IMG/VR virus record: IMGVR_UViG_3300006076_000002
Location: 1 to 64,000 of that record
Length of the DNA: 64,000 nucleotides
Strand: one strand, 5' to 3'
DNA from: a virus
The notes below the pieces were generated by a model that was given only the letters and a program-made list of their open reading frames with translations, did not search any database and had not been told where the DNA came from. This document shows, in pieces, positions 1 to 9,125 of this stretch (position 1 is the first letter of the stretch; each line of letters starts with the position of its first letter). A program made the translations under genes and the position numbers.

Positions 1-959
1 CCTAATGCATCTAGTGCTGGATAGAAATACATAGCATTCTTCTCATCTGCACTACCTTTCAGGAACCCTACTGCTTCTACATCCTCTACATCATCCACAC
101 TAGCTCTAATGTACATGATACTCTTGTATGGACTATTTGTCTTAACCAGCTTTATTGCATTACTCAGCGCAACCAGTGTCTTACCACTACCACTAGGGGC
201 CTCTACTATAACTAATGGTATCGTATTATCCTGTATAGCTCTACTCAGGAACAACTGCCCACTATTTCTTGGTACTACCTCTTGCTTACGTAGTTCTATC
301 TCACTCTCTTTACCTAGTACATTAATTGTACCTCTCTTCACCGTAGCTAGCTTTACCTGCCCAGTAGCTATATTCTCAAACCTATAGTTGAAGTTGCCTA
401 CAGTATACTCTGAGTCATAATCTAGTATACTCTTACCATGCATAGTTCTGAATGCTTCATCATCATCTACTGTTACATTCTTATTAAACTCTACTTGCTT
501 ATCCTCTACCTCACGTAGCTGTGTAGTATCTAATCCTAACGACTGGGCTCTAATACCACATGCCACATCATTGGTCATGAACACTACTTTCTCGTTAGCT
601 TGTACTACTTTCTTGTAAGCTAATGCACATTCTATGATCTTTCTATCATTAATTACATTCTTCTCCATACCAGCATAACTAGGGTACTCTCTTAAAGCTA
701 CTACAACTATAGTTTTACCTTTTAATTTGTAGTTAATAAATGTTGCATTACCTTTAGTTACCTGCCCTGTATGTTTTGCAGCAGTCATCAGTCTACCAAA
801 CTCTCTTGCCTGGTATGCTAACTCACCTAATCCGCTTTTCTTTGCATCTAGCTCATCTAGCACTACCTCAGGAATAACTATTGTGTCTTCTATATCACCC
901 ACCGTATATACATTATGTGCATCCAGGAGTGGGATATTGCTATCGATAATATACGTCAT
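1..959 (-). CDS. phoH: PIN domain + PhoH-like ATPase (PhoH2/YlaK type), 3' end outside window
   Basis: Not in ORF track. Manual translation from ATG at 959: MTYIIDSNIPLLDAH...IVIPEVVLDELDAKK (PIN), ...DRKII...MTNDVA..., then Walker A EAPSGSGKT near 178-204. TAATG overlap with the upstream ORF. Confidence 0.85.
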   Translation of the reverse strand, partial: MTYIIDSNIPLLDAHNVYTVGDIEDTIVIPEVVLDELDAKKSGLGELAYQAREFGRLMTAAKHTGQVTKGNATFINYKLKGKTIVVVALREYPSYAGMEKNVINDRKIIECALAYKKVVQANEKVVFMTNDVACGIRAQSLGLDTTQLREVEDKQVEFNKNVTVDDDEAFRTMHGKSILDYDSEYTVGNFNYRFENIATGQVKLATVKRGTINVLGKESEIELRKQEVVPRNSGQLFLSRAIQDNTIPLVIVEAPSGSGKTLVALSNAIKLVKTNSPYKSIMYIRASVDDVEDVEAVGFLKGSADEKNAMYFYPALDAL

Positions 960-1207
960 TACACCACCTCCATAACTAGGTTTTGTGTAGGATCTTGTGG
1001 ATGTACTACTAAGAGTAAATCATCTATAACTATAGTAGCTTCTTTACCAACCATCTTATTGATAGTCTGTGCTTCCTTAGCTAGTTGTTGAGCTGTGTGT
1101 TGATTACATATTACATACTTAGGTTCAGTACTCTTTTCTGCTGTACTTAACCTTTTTAGTTCAGCTAGTCTTGTCATTAATGGGGCTACTGACTTTTGCT
1201 TATCCAT
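959..1207 (-). CDS. hypothetical protein
   Basis: 82 aa ORF with AAGGA RBS, coupled to the phoH start. Confidence 0.65.
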   Translation of the reverse strand: MDKQKSVAPLMTRLAELKRLSTAEKSTEPKYVICNQHTAQQLAKEAQTINKMVGKEATIVIDDLLLVVHPQDPTQNLVMEVV

Positions 1208-1261
1208 TTAGTTCCTTTTCTTTAGATAAGTAAGTTTAACTAATGTAGCCTTCAACTAACC

Positions 1262-1771
1262 TTAGAAGGGCAACTCATCTGTACCTTTAGCCGTATCTTT
1301 TTCATTATTAGCCTGCTCATCCATCTTTATAGCCTCACATATTTTACCATACCTATCTATATCCATCCTAGTTTCACCTACTAGTAGTTCCTTATACTGA
1401 AAACTATCCATATAACTAACCAGCTCATCTATATCTACATCGGAGAACATTTCATCATACCCATCGTACTTCTTATCTGATTTATATTTTAGTTCAGCTA
1501 GTAGTTTATGTAGGTGGTTTTCAACTATGTAAGGTATCAGGAACTTTTTAGCCTTAACTATACGGCTTTTAGGTACATATCTATATACCATGAAGAAACT
1601 ACGTAGTACTTCCATCAACCTATCAGTAACTCTTGACATACTATCACTATTAACCATACCTACTTTATGTATCACGGTACCCTCATCTAGTTCTATTTCA
1701 AATATATATACTCTACCGTATGGGTTGTTAGCTACCTCACCTTCTAGTGGCTTACGTTTAACTAGTGCCAT
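1262..1771 (-). CDS. GIY-YIG-superfamily / T5orf172-like protein
   Basis: VYIFEI...HKVGM...RL...VENHLH...YDEMF pattern. Confidence 0.55.
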   Translation of the reverse strand: MALVKRKPLEGEVANNPYGRVYIFEIELDEGTVIHKVGMVNSDSMSRVTDRLMEVLRSFFMVYRYVPKSRIVKAKKFLIPYIVENHLHKLLAELKYKSDKKYDGYDEMFSDVDIDELVSYMDSFQYKELLVGETRMDIDRYGKICEAIKMDEQANNEKDTAKGTDELPF

Positions 1772-2100
1772 AGCATTCTGTATATAGCTATCAACGTAAT
1801 TGTGTGTATTAGCTGATCTAACCCTACAACTATGAAGAAATTGTGTACCTCACCTTTAGCCCACAGCTTTGAACTAGCTCTTGATGTAAAGTAGTCAACT
1901 ATAGTATGTACTATTCCATTAATTAGTGCATACATAGGATTTAGTGTAAGTATTCCCATAACTAATGTGTATGTGCCTGTATGAGCTAATAGCCATTTAT
2001 TACTGCTAGATTTGCCTTTAGCCATTTCATCTGTCTGCATTACAAAGTCAGCTACCCAATGTACAAATAATATATACATTAATACATAACTATCTACCAT
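1762..2100 (-). CDS. DUF3307-family membrane protein
   Basis: HWVADFVMQT..MAKGK, LLAH, HTIVDY, GLDQLIH signature. Confidence 0.8.
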   Translation of the reverse strand: MVDSYVLMYILFVHWVADFVMQTDEMAKGKSSSNKWLLAHTGTYTLVMGILTLNPMYALINGIVHTIVDYFTSRASSKLWAKGEVHNFFIVVGLDQLIHTITLIAIYRMLWH

Positions 2101-2102
2101 CG

Positions 2103-2546
2103 TCAGTCTCCTCTACGTCTATTCAGTTTAGCTTTCTTTTCGGTAACTAGTTTGTCTACAGTCTCTACCATATTGTTGAAGCTAGTGTAGTCTGCACTGT
2201 ATACCATAGCTGACGTGGCATTAGCTACCTCCACACTACCAGTATTGTCAAAAAATAGCGCCATAAATTCATCACCACCTATCCTATACACTTCCCACAA
2301 ACTGTCTATTGCCTGTATGTCCATAGCTATCTGTCTAATAAGTGTATCACCAGCCCCATACCCTTGCTCTCTATTAACCTTATGCAGTCCAGCAGCATCG
2401 TACATAACTAAGTAGAATGTTTGATTCTGCATCTTAGCCCTAGTCTCAACTTCGAAGTCTCTACGCATTTTCATGCCGGTAAGATGGTCATATTTATATA
2501 ACCTAACCATATTCTTATATATCTTTAGCTCTTCTTCACAAGTCAT
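2103..2546 (-). CDS. stand-alone GGDEF diguanylate cyclase
   Basis: DHLTG, YDAAGLHKVN, G.GAGD, YRIGGDEF. Confidence 0.88.
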   Translation of the reverse strand: MTCEEELKIYKNMVRLYKYDHLTGMKMRRDFEVETRAKMQNQTFYLVMYDAAGLHKVNREQGYGAGDTLIRQIAMDIQAIDSLWEVYRIGGDEFMALFFDNTGSVEVANATSAMVYSADYTSFNNMVETVDKLVTEKKAKLNRRRGD

Positions 2547-2548
2547 AG

Positions 2549-2668
2549 TTACCCTTTCTTATAAACTACTGTATCACACTTAGGACATCTAATAACTCCT
2601 GCTATTAGTCTCATCTTCATACCTTTCTTACACTTCCAGCAGTAGTGTTCTAAATATACTATATCCAT
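2549..2668 (-). CDS. 39-aa zinc-ribbon protein
   Basis: Manual translation MDIVYLEHYCWKCKKGMKMRLIAGVIRCPKCDTVVYKKG; two CxxC; GGGAG RBS; fills the gap between neighbours. Confidence 0.6.
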   Translation of the reverse strand: MDIVYLEHYCWKCKKGMKMRLIAGVIRCPKCDTVVYKKG

Positions 2669-2670
2669 AA

Positions 2671-2910
2671 CTACTCCCTACCGAAAGCTAAGTGCCCTAA
2701 CTGATTGAATACCCATTTTGATTCTTCATCATTAGTATGTACAGGTAAACTAATCCATTCTCCACCAACTATAGATCTATCATCTGGTATATTCTCCGGG
2801 AAACTATACTGTACTACTTCACCATCCTCAAATGCTATCTTAACTATTAGTGGTTTTCTTGTCTCTTTATCTTTAATCGCGTACCTATCGTCTATTTCAT
2901 CGTTAATCAT
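2671..2910 (-). CDS. hypothetical protein
   Basis: 79 aa, AGGA RBS, preceded by TGGTATAAT. Confidence 0.6.
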   Translation of the reverse strand: MINDEIDDRYAIKDKETRKPLIVKIAFEDGEVVQYSFPENIPDDRSIVGGEWISLPVHTNDEESKWVFNQLGHLAFGRE

Positions 2911-2935
2911 ATCTAATCCTGTGTTTTGTTATGAC

Positions 2936-2980
2936 ATTATACCATAGCTACTATTATAGGTATATAAGGTTAATTTAAGG
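2936..2980 (-). promoter_or_regulatory. host sigma70-type promoter(s) for the leftward operon
   Basis: Minus strand reads ...TATAATAGTAGCTATGGTATAAT (extended -10). Confidence 0.5.
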
Positions 2981-2989
2981 TAGGGCTTA

Positions 2990-3290
2990 TTGGGTAAATT
3001 TTTTAACTTTTGTGAGGGGTACCATATAAGCTTAAAGTTTTCTTAAGGGCTTATGTTGAGATGTGATTATTTTTTAGGAGGGGGTTAGTATCCACACTTT
3101 CACACTCCAACACCGAACACCCCGCCCCTATATAGACTTACCAGTCATTTCTTTCACACAGCTATCGCTACACACAAGCTCCTCAGCCAACAGTAACACT
3201 TCATCCTATGTCATTGTATACCTATCAGCTTATCGTTCCATATAGAGCAGATATGACTGTCACCTTTCACTAGCATAGCATATTAGTTTA
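2990..3290. other. divergent non-coding region, probable genome end / terminal repeat and first early promoter
   Basis: Strand switch, G-run then C-rich tract (GGAGGGGGG...CACCCCGCCCC). Position before early genes matches N4-like organisation (inference). Confidence 0.45.
3261..3284 (+). promoter_or_regulatory. putative early (vRNAP) promoter motif, copy 1
   Basis: CACCTTWCACTAsCnTAG motif repeated at 3261, 3635, 5876, each upstream of an RBS and early gene. Confidence 0.55.
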
Positions 3291-3355
3291 TGCTTACATA
3301 TAGCTATACCTGTAAAGCTCAGGCATTCCGCAACTACTGCGACGAAGGAATCACT

Positions 3356-3610
3356 ATGAAAGTAATTAAAACTTATGAAGAGTTTACAGCTACTGTAGAC
3401 GCATTAGCTAAACTATACCCTACACTTACTAAAACTGTATGCATCTCACACGGTAAAAGCATATTCACTGATATAGCTATGACTAAAGATGTAGCAGGTC
3501 AAACCCTTACTGATATCTATGGTAAACAAGTAGCTACTGACATCATCGGTGCTCTTATCCGTCATAAAGCCTATGGCTACTACCTAGCTAGACCTGTTCT
3601 TGAGGTTTAG
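3356..3610 (+). CDS. early hypothetical protein
   Basis: Start moved to ATG 3356 (AAGGA RBS). Confidence 0.7.
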   Translation: MKVIKTYEEFTATVDALAKLYPTLTKTVCISHGKSIFTDIAMTKDVAGQTLTDIYGKQVATDIIGALIRHKAYGYYLARPVLEV

Positions 3611-3634
3611 TTAAATGGCTACTTGTTAGCCTAT

Positions 3635-3658
3635 CACCTTACACTAGCTTAGCAAATT
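3635..3658 (+). promoter_or_regulatory. putative early promoter motif, copy 2
   Basis: CACCTTACACTAGCTTAGCA. Confidence 0.55.
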
Positions 3659-3857
3659 TAATTTAAAGGAGTTCTGATGTTTATTGCACCAGACGGAACT
3701 ACCCATTCTTCACTGAATGAAGTTCGTATTTATATGAGCCAAAAATAGCTCGTACTTCAATGATAAAGTATTTAACTAACTCAATAGTTAATTAACCCAG
3801 TATAGTTGTAAAGCTCAACCATTTAATACCACACCAAGTGTGAAGAAAGGCAATATT

Positions 3858-4208
3858 ATGGCAAGATTATTAAAAGATTTATCAACAGCAGTATCACATT
3901 TAGCAGGTGCAACAGTATCAGTAGCAAGTAACTCAGCAAAAGTAATTGACAGCTTAGCTAACAGCACTACAACACTTATTGACGGTACATCAGAATCTAC
4001 TGCTAACCTAATGAAGATTTCCACTAACGCTACAGCAGAGTGGGCACAAGATAGTGAGTATTCATTCAAGAAAAACACTATGGTAAACGAAGCTAAACAA
4101 AAAGCATTAGCTAGTGTTATGCAAGATGAAGACACCTTAACTAAACTACAAGAAGCAGAAAAAGCTTCACTACTAAATGACATCTTCGAAAACTACGACC
4201 TAGTATAG
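3858..4208 (+). CDS. early hypothetical helical protein
   Basis: Start likely ATG 3858 (AAAGG RBS); followed by terminator. Confidence 0.7.
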   Translation: MARLLKDLSTAVSHLAGATVSVASNSAKVIDSLANSTTTLIDGTSESTANLMKISTNATAEWAQDSEYSFKKNTMVNEAKQKALASVMQDEDTLTKLQEAEKASLLNDIFENYDLV

Positions 4209-4232
4209 TGAGCTTCTTCGGCTCACTTGTCT
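4207..4232 (+). terminator. intrinsic terminator
   Basis: AGTGAGC-TTCTTCG-GCTCACT hairpin right after the stop. Confidence 0.6.
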
Positions 4233-4498
4233 ATACACTTTTAATTACAAAGAAGAGAGTTCTTAGAGAGTGGGAATGCTTACATTATTGTTAGCTTTTA
4301 TTTACAAAGAACTACTCTTCGTCTTTTTATGTGGGGTGGTGTTCAATACTCTATATATTATATATATAATAATAGCAGTATTTGATGAGCTATGGGGCAA
4401 AAACCCTTTGAAACCTCGTGCAGTAGGGGCTTACAGAGGATTTTACCCAATCCTAGAAATGTCTCAGATTACGGTTTTCAGACAGAAACCTGTATGAA

Positions 4499-4530
4499 TT
4501 TAAGGTTTTCAGACAGTTTTATGTTATAAT
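4499..4530 (+). promoter_or_regulatory. sigma70 promoter overlapping a 13-bp direct repeat
   Basis: TTTAAG...TGTTATAAT; GGTTTTCAGACAG at 4473 and 4504. Confidence 0.6.
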
Positions 4531-4578
4531 GTTATGAAAAGAAGAGGTAGAAGAAGTACCTCTTATAAGGAATGATAA

Positions 4579-4962
4579 ATGTATTATAACACAAATGAAG
4601 TAAAAAAGCTATATAAGATAGTAAATATGGATAAAAAACGCCATAGAGAAGGACGAAAAGTGTCAGCAGATATTCGTAGAGAAATAATCAAAGAGTTGAA
4701 CCCTACTGCGTATGTACTATACGAGTACTATGTAGAAAAAGTAGAAGCACCAGAGTTTGACTTGTTTAATGATAAAATAATAGGTCAAGTATTAGGATTG
4801 TCAGAAAGAACAGTCAGAGAGTACAGAAATAAGCTAGAAAAAGCAGGTTTTATCAGGCTGTATCGTAAAAAACTAGGGGACATTGAAGCTCATGATTATT
4901 TCATAGGTAAAGATAAAGTCTTAGAACACTCTTTAATGTTAGAATCTGCAGAAACCCCTTAA
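4579..4962 (+). CDS. winged-helix DNA-binding / replication-initiator-like protein (paralog 1)
   Basis: IGQVLGLSERTVREYRNKLEKAGFI HTH; similar to 28974..29429. Confidence 0.7.
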   Translation: MYYNTNEVKKLYKIVNMDKKRHREGRKVSADIRREIIKELNPTAYVLYEYYVEKVEAPEFDLFNDKIIGQVLGLSERTVREYRNKLEKAGFIRLYRKKLGDIEAHDYFIGKDKVLEHSLMLESAETP

Positions 4963-5341
4963 ATAGGGCATTTCTAAGGATAAAACCTAGTGGAATATGT
5001 ACCTAACCTGAACCCTACCTTAATTTCCCTACCATTAAAACCCTCAACTTCAGTTCAATGATGTATCATCCTAATATTTTATACCACACTTTATACCATA
5101 ATATAGGTATATTTTGGTAAAGTTTAAGTAAACAGTGGATAGAAATGTCCGTTTTACGACTACTGTTTAAGTGTATATAATGTTTTATACCAATTTCATA
5201 AAAAGGAGACATAATGACCGCACTATTCATCTTAATAGCAATAGTAACAACAATCACATTCTTAGTTGCTGTACTAGATACAGTCAAACCTAAGTTGCTA
5301 GAAGACCTAGCAGATAAATTCTTTTAAAGGAATACAGTACT

Positions 5342-5593
5342 ATGGAAATATTAGGTATAATTGCGCTTTTAATAGCAGGTATAACAGTACTATTAGCACT
5401 TGTTGTAGATAAAAGCATGTTAGCTATGATTACATTTGTAGTAGTAGTAATAGCGTTTATAGCATTCGAAGTACATAGAAGTGATTTACAGCAGACAGAA
5501 GAGTATAAACAATATAGAGACCATAGTTATCATAACTACTCTAAAGATAAAGAGTATAGAAAATGGTTAATTGACAACCCAAAGGAGAAATAA
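5342..5593 (+). CDS. small membrane protein
   Basis: Two hydrophobic segments, RBS. Confidence 0.65.
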   Translation: MEILGIIALLIAGITVLLALVVDKSMLAMITFVVVVIAFIAFEVHRSDLQQTEEYKQYRDHSYHNYSKDKEYRKWLIDNPKEK

Positions 5594-5844
5594 TGAAAAC
5601 ACTACCATGGAACCGTATCCTCAAGGATATCATTTACAATCACACAGAAGATACAATCGAATTTACTATCAAAGACATAGAAAACCTTGATAGTTATATT
5701 AACCAAAAGCTATCTATAGCTAATCAACTAGAAAGTCAGAACGAAGGCTTAAGAAAACGAGTAGCTAAATTAGAACAACAACTACTAATTGCTACCTTGA
5801 CTAAGTCTACACAGAAAGTGTCAGACTTCAGTACTTACGCATAG
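5593..5844 (+). CDS. hypothetical coiled-coil protein
   Basis: AAGGAG RBS, TAATG coupling. Confidence 0.65.
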   Translation: MKTLPWNRILKDIIYNHTEDTIEFTIKDIENLDSYINQKLSIANQLESQNEGLRKRVAKLEQQLLIATLTKSTQKVSDFSTYA

Positions 5845-5875
5845 ATATTCCCAGTTAATTACCTATCTCTACTTC

Positions 5876-5899
5876 CACCTTACACTACCCTAGATATCT
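5876..5899 (+). promoter_or_regulatory. putative early promoter motif, copy 3
   Basis: CACCTTACACTACCCTAGAT upstream of the RNAP cluster. Confidence 0.55.
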
Positions 5900-5962
5900 T
5901 TATGTGTTACCTGAAATGGTTCCTTACTTTATACTAATTATACATCCGTAGGAGGATACATC

Positions 5963-6781
5963 GTGAAATATACAATCAATACTAAAGCAACAAACCCAGT
6001 TATTAATGAAGAACTTAAAGTACTTAGAGCAACTAACAAAGACTTAGCACTTAACATCCGCAAAGCATATAATTCAATGCTAAACAAAGAGTTTACGGAA
6101 CTTCCACAGACTCCAGAAGACTTAGTTCCTTATATGACTAACAAGAATGTAGCACAATTCGTTAAACCTGCTATTGCTAATGTTATCTTTAATCTTATTC
6201 AGTTCAACGAAGAAGACGCTTGTTGTGCTCAAGAAGAAGCTCCAGTAGAAGTAACTACAGCTCCATTAGATTTAAGTACAGCTACTCCAGCACAACTTAC
6301 TCAAATATTGTTCGATGATTTAGGAACAGAAATCCAATCACAGATTCAAGCTATGACTACAAGTCTCAAACTTAAACTAGATCTCTTAGATGAGCTTAAA
6401 GCCTCTCTCAAAGAACTATACCCAGATATGCAGTCAGAAGTACTTACAGAAAAGTTAGCTAATGCTCTTGCAGTAACTAAGCTTAAAGTTGGCAGTTCAC
6501 TTGCTCTTAGAGAAGGCTCATTAGCTGTATACGACTATATGAATACAGATCTAGTAGTAGACTCTAAGAACTTTGAGTTTATGGCTTCATTAGACGCAGA
6601 TAAGACTAAATCTCTTGATATTCTTATATTGCAGTCAGCGTTCCGTAGCTATAAAGAACAGGTAGCTCAAGGTAATTTACCAGCAACTAGTCCAGAATTA
6701 AATTTAGCTATAGCAAAAGCTATCAGTGGCATTCAAACTACATCGGAGGATACTAAAGCAAAATTAGCAAACCTCTTCTAA
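5963..6781 (+). CDS. hypothetical protein next to the RNAP gene (possible RNAP subunit or accessory factor)
   Basis: 272 aa, strong AGGAGG RBS, GTG start; function inferred from position only. Confidence 0.6.
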   Translation: MKYTINTKATNPVINEELKVLRATNKDLALNIRKAYNSMLNKEFTELPQTPEDLVPYMTNKNVAQFVKPAIANVIFNLIQFNEEDACCAQEEAPVEVTTAPLDLSTATPAQLTQILFDDLGTEIQSQIQAMTTSLKLKLDLLDELKASLKELYPDMQSEVLTEKLANALAVTKLKVGSSLALREGSLAVYDYMNTDLVVDSKNFEFMASLDADKTKSLDILILQSAFRSYKEQVAQGNLPATSPELNLAIAKAISGIQTTSEDTKAKLANLF

Positions 6782-6784
6782 TAA

Positions 6785-6810
6785 GCTAAGCCTTCGGGTT
6801 TAGTTAACTT
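6785..6810 (+). terminator. UUCG-tetraloop hairpin / terminator
   Basis: GCTAAGCC-TTCG-GGTTTAGT. Confidence 0.6.
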
Positions 6811-6839
6811 ATCAGCACCATAATAACAAAGGCGTACTA

Positions 6840-8558
6840 ATGAAATATCCTAAAATACTAGCAAAACACATACAAACATTAAGCGGTCTTAAAGACTCAG
6901 TAATAGAAGCAAAAGTAAAAGAAATAGTTACTAATGATATGACTATAGAAATGTTAGTAGGTAATGTAACTAACGCACTACTTAAGTCTAATAATTGTAT
7001 AGCAACAGTTAATGTACATGATTATAACTTCAAAAAAGCTCTTATATTAAGAGTAAATAATGTAGTTAAAAATATAAACTTTAACTTAACTAAGCAGACT
7101 CATACAAGCATAGATAAGAACGGTACTATGTACACATATACTGTAAACTATATAACAGGGGAACGCAGTAAAAAGGATCAACCTAAAGTATGGTTCTATG
7201 AAGCAGACAGTTTTATAGACTATGCAGAAATGAAAGGTTCATTTGTAAAGTTTGACAATAACTCTACAGAATTACTCAGTAGACGCTTAGAAGTACCTCT
7301 TAGAGTTAAAGAGATAGCACCTAAGTTCGTTAAACTTTACTCAGCTATACTCTATATGGATACTAAAAATGCGGATAGAACAGAAGCATTATCTAGTTAT
7401 CGTAAACGCTTAGAAGCAGTAGCTGATGAAACTATTAGTTGTATGGGTTATGAATACGAAAACTATCGTAAACTAGACTCTAATACTCGTAATTATCCAC
7501 TATCTAGATTTGGATTTGCAGTAGAATACGGAGACGCATTCGAAAAATTCCTTATAGAACCAGCACAAGAATACTTAGTGGATAAAACAGAAGTTAAGTA
7601 CGCTAAACAGTACCTAAAAGCAGAGTTTAATGTAACTTCTATCAAAACATTAGTTAAAGAAGCAGAAACTAAGTTAAAAGTTAATCTTAAACTTCTAAAG
7701 CTATTTAACCAAGGTAAAAAGGTAGACTTTACTATTACTCATAAAGAAGTAGGCAAATTACTCCATATAGTAGATGTATATTATAACATCATCAAGAACG
7801 AGGGTAATATGACTCGTAGTTGTGTTAGCTATGATTACACTAATTCAGGCGGTATAAACGCATCTAACCAATTTGGTGATGAGCAATTCTGTAAGGCTAT
7901 GAACTTATTAGGTGGTAAAGAAAAGTTTGATACTCATCAAGCTATAGCAGACTATTTAGGTATATCTAGAGATGACGCTAAAAAAGTAATGCAAGGGCCT
8001 AATCACGGAGGTAGAGTACCAGCCAACCTTACTGATATGGTAACTACAGTATTTGGAGATAACTATAAGTATATAGGTAAAATAGCTATGTATGGTAAAA
8101 AACTAGCATTAGCAGGAGTAAACTCAGTAGTCTTAGAACGTCTTGACGGTATCAAAGCTGTTTGGTATCCATATGTATTAGGTGCAGAGGTATCTACTGA
8201 AGACGGAGCTACAGTAACTGCTGAAATGCCATTCTTATACAATGTACAAGCTAAAGACCATAAAGCATTAGGTCTAGCAGTATCTTGCTTACATAGCCAA
8301 GACGCATTCACAGAGAACTATGTATTTACTAAATTGCTAGATAAACATAATATACATATGAAGACTACTTTAGATAACTTCTACGGTAGACCTAGCATCA
8401 AACCGTTACTTATTAAGTATACATTTGAAGCATTAGAACTAGCTAAAGGTCACATAGAACGTCAATTACAAGACATAGAAAAACAAACAGGTATCAGTAG
8501 AGAGTGGACACTTCCAACTAGAACTGCTACTTTAGTACCTTCTGAAAACATCATATAG
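6840..8558 (+). CDS. single-subunit T7/N4-type RNA polymerase (middle RNAP)
   Basis: DSNTRNYP (DxxGR-like), YDYTNSG (motif A), RDDAKKVMQGPNHG (motif B), LHSQDA, TLDNF (motif C). Confidence 0.8.
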   Translation: MKYPKILAKHIQTLSGLKDSVIEAKVKEIVTNDMTIEMLVGNVTNALLKSNNCIATVNVHDYNFKKALILRVNNVVKNINFNLTKQTHTSIDKNGTMYTYTVNYITGERSKKDQPKVWFYEADSFIDYAEMKGSFVKFDNNSTELLSRRLEVPLRVKEIAPKFVKLYSAILYMDTKNADRTEALSSYRKRLEAVADETISCMGYEYENYRKLDSNTRNYPLSRFGFAVEYGDAFEKFLIEPAQEYLVDKTEVKYAKQYLKAEFNVTSIKTLVKEAETKLKVNLKLLKLFNQGKKVDFTITHKEVGKLLHIVDVYYNIIKNEGNMTRSCVSYDYTNSGGINASNQFGDEQFCKAMNLLGGKEKFDTHQAIADYLGISRDDAKKVMQGPNHGGRVPANLTDMVTTVFGDNYKYIGKIAMYGKKLALAGVNSVVLERLDGIKAVWYPYVLGAEVSTEDGATVTAEMPFLYNVQAKDHKALGLAVSCLHSQDAFTENYVFTKLLDKHNIHMKTTLDNFYGRPSIKPLLIKYTFEALELAKGHIERQLQDIEKQTGISREWTLPTRTATLVPSENII

Positions 8559-8591
8559 CAGAGCCTTCGGGTTCTGTTGTTTTTTTTTTTT
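8556..8591 (+). terminator. intrinsic terminator
   Basis: TAGCAGAGCC-TTCG-GGTTCTGTTG followed by a long T run. Confidence 0.9.
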
Positions 8592-8673
8592 CGCTACCGC
8601 TTGTTTCCTGCGGAATGCTTTTTATTTTTTACTTATAAATTTGTAAAACAATAAAACTTATAAGGAGTTACAT

Positions 8674-9093
8674 ATGAGTGATGTTATAATCGGATTAATA
8701 GTTATAGGTGCCATTATTTGGTACACTGTTTATGAAATGCTTGAAGAAGCCAAGAAAGATAAGTACAAAGAACAGCATAATTTTGATGTTATGAAAACTA
8801 TAAACGCTACTTCTAAAGGTCATAACTTTGCAGTTCCACGTATTAACTACAAAGAAAAACAAGAGTATTTACAGAGTGAAGCATGGCAAAAACTATCTAA
8901 CACCATAAGAGTACAAAGTGATTTTACTTGTGCTAAATGTGGTAATTGGGGGGTTGAAACTCATCACCTACACTACGTAAACTTTGAGCATGAGCCTTTA
9001 TCTGACTTAGTTTGCTTATGTAGAGACTGTCATCAATCAATACATGATAAGTATGGATACTACAATAAAGAAGATAACTATCCTATTACTTAA
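8674..9093 (+). CDS. HNH endonuclease with N-terminal hydrophobic segment
   Basis: CAKC...ETHHLHY...LVCLCRDCHQSIH. Confidence 0.8.
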   Translation: MSDVIIGLIVIGAIIWYTVYEMLEEAKKDKYKEQHNFDVMKTINATSKGHNFAVPRINYKEKQEYLQSEAWQKLSNTIRVQSDFTCAKCGNWGVETHHLHYVNFEHEPLSDLVCLCRDCHQSIHDKYGYYNKEDNYPIT

Positions 9094-9125
9094 ATATTAT
9101 AAAGAAACACAACAAAGGAGATGCC

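Noticed and set aside
109-2947. Plus-strand ORFs (109, 1590, 2215, 2705)
   Set aside because: Antisense to well-supported minus-strand genes.
4270-4497. 75-aa hydrophobic ORF
   Set aside because: Runs through the TA tract and promoter repeats, with a GTG start and no convincing RBS; more likely non-coding.
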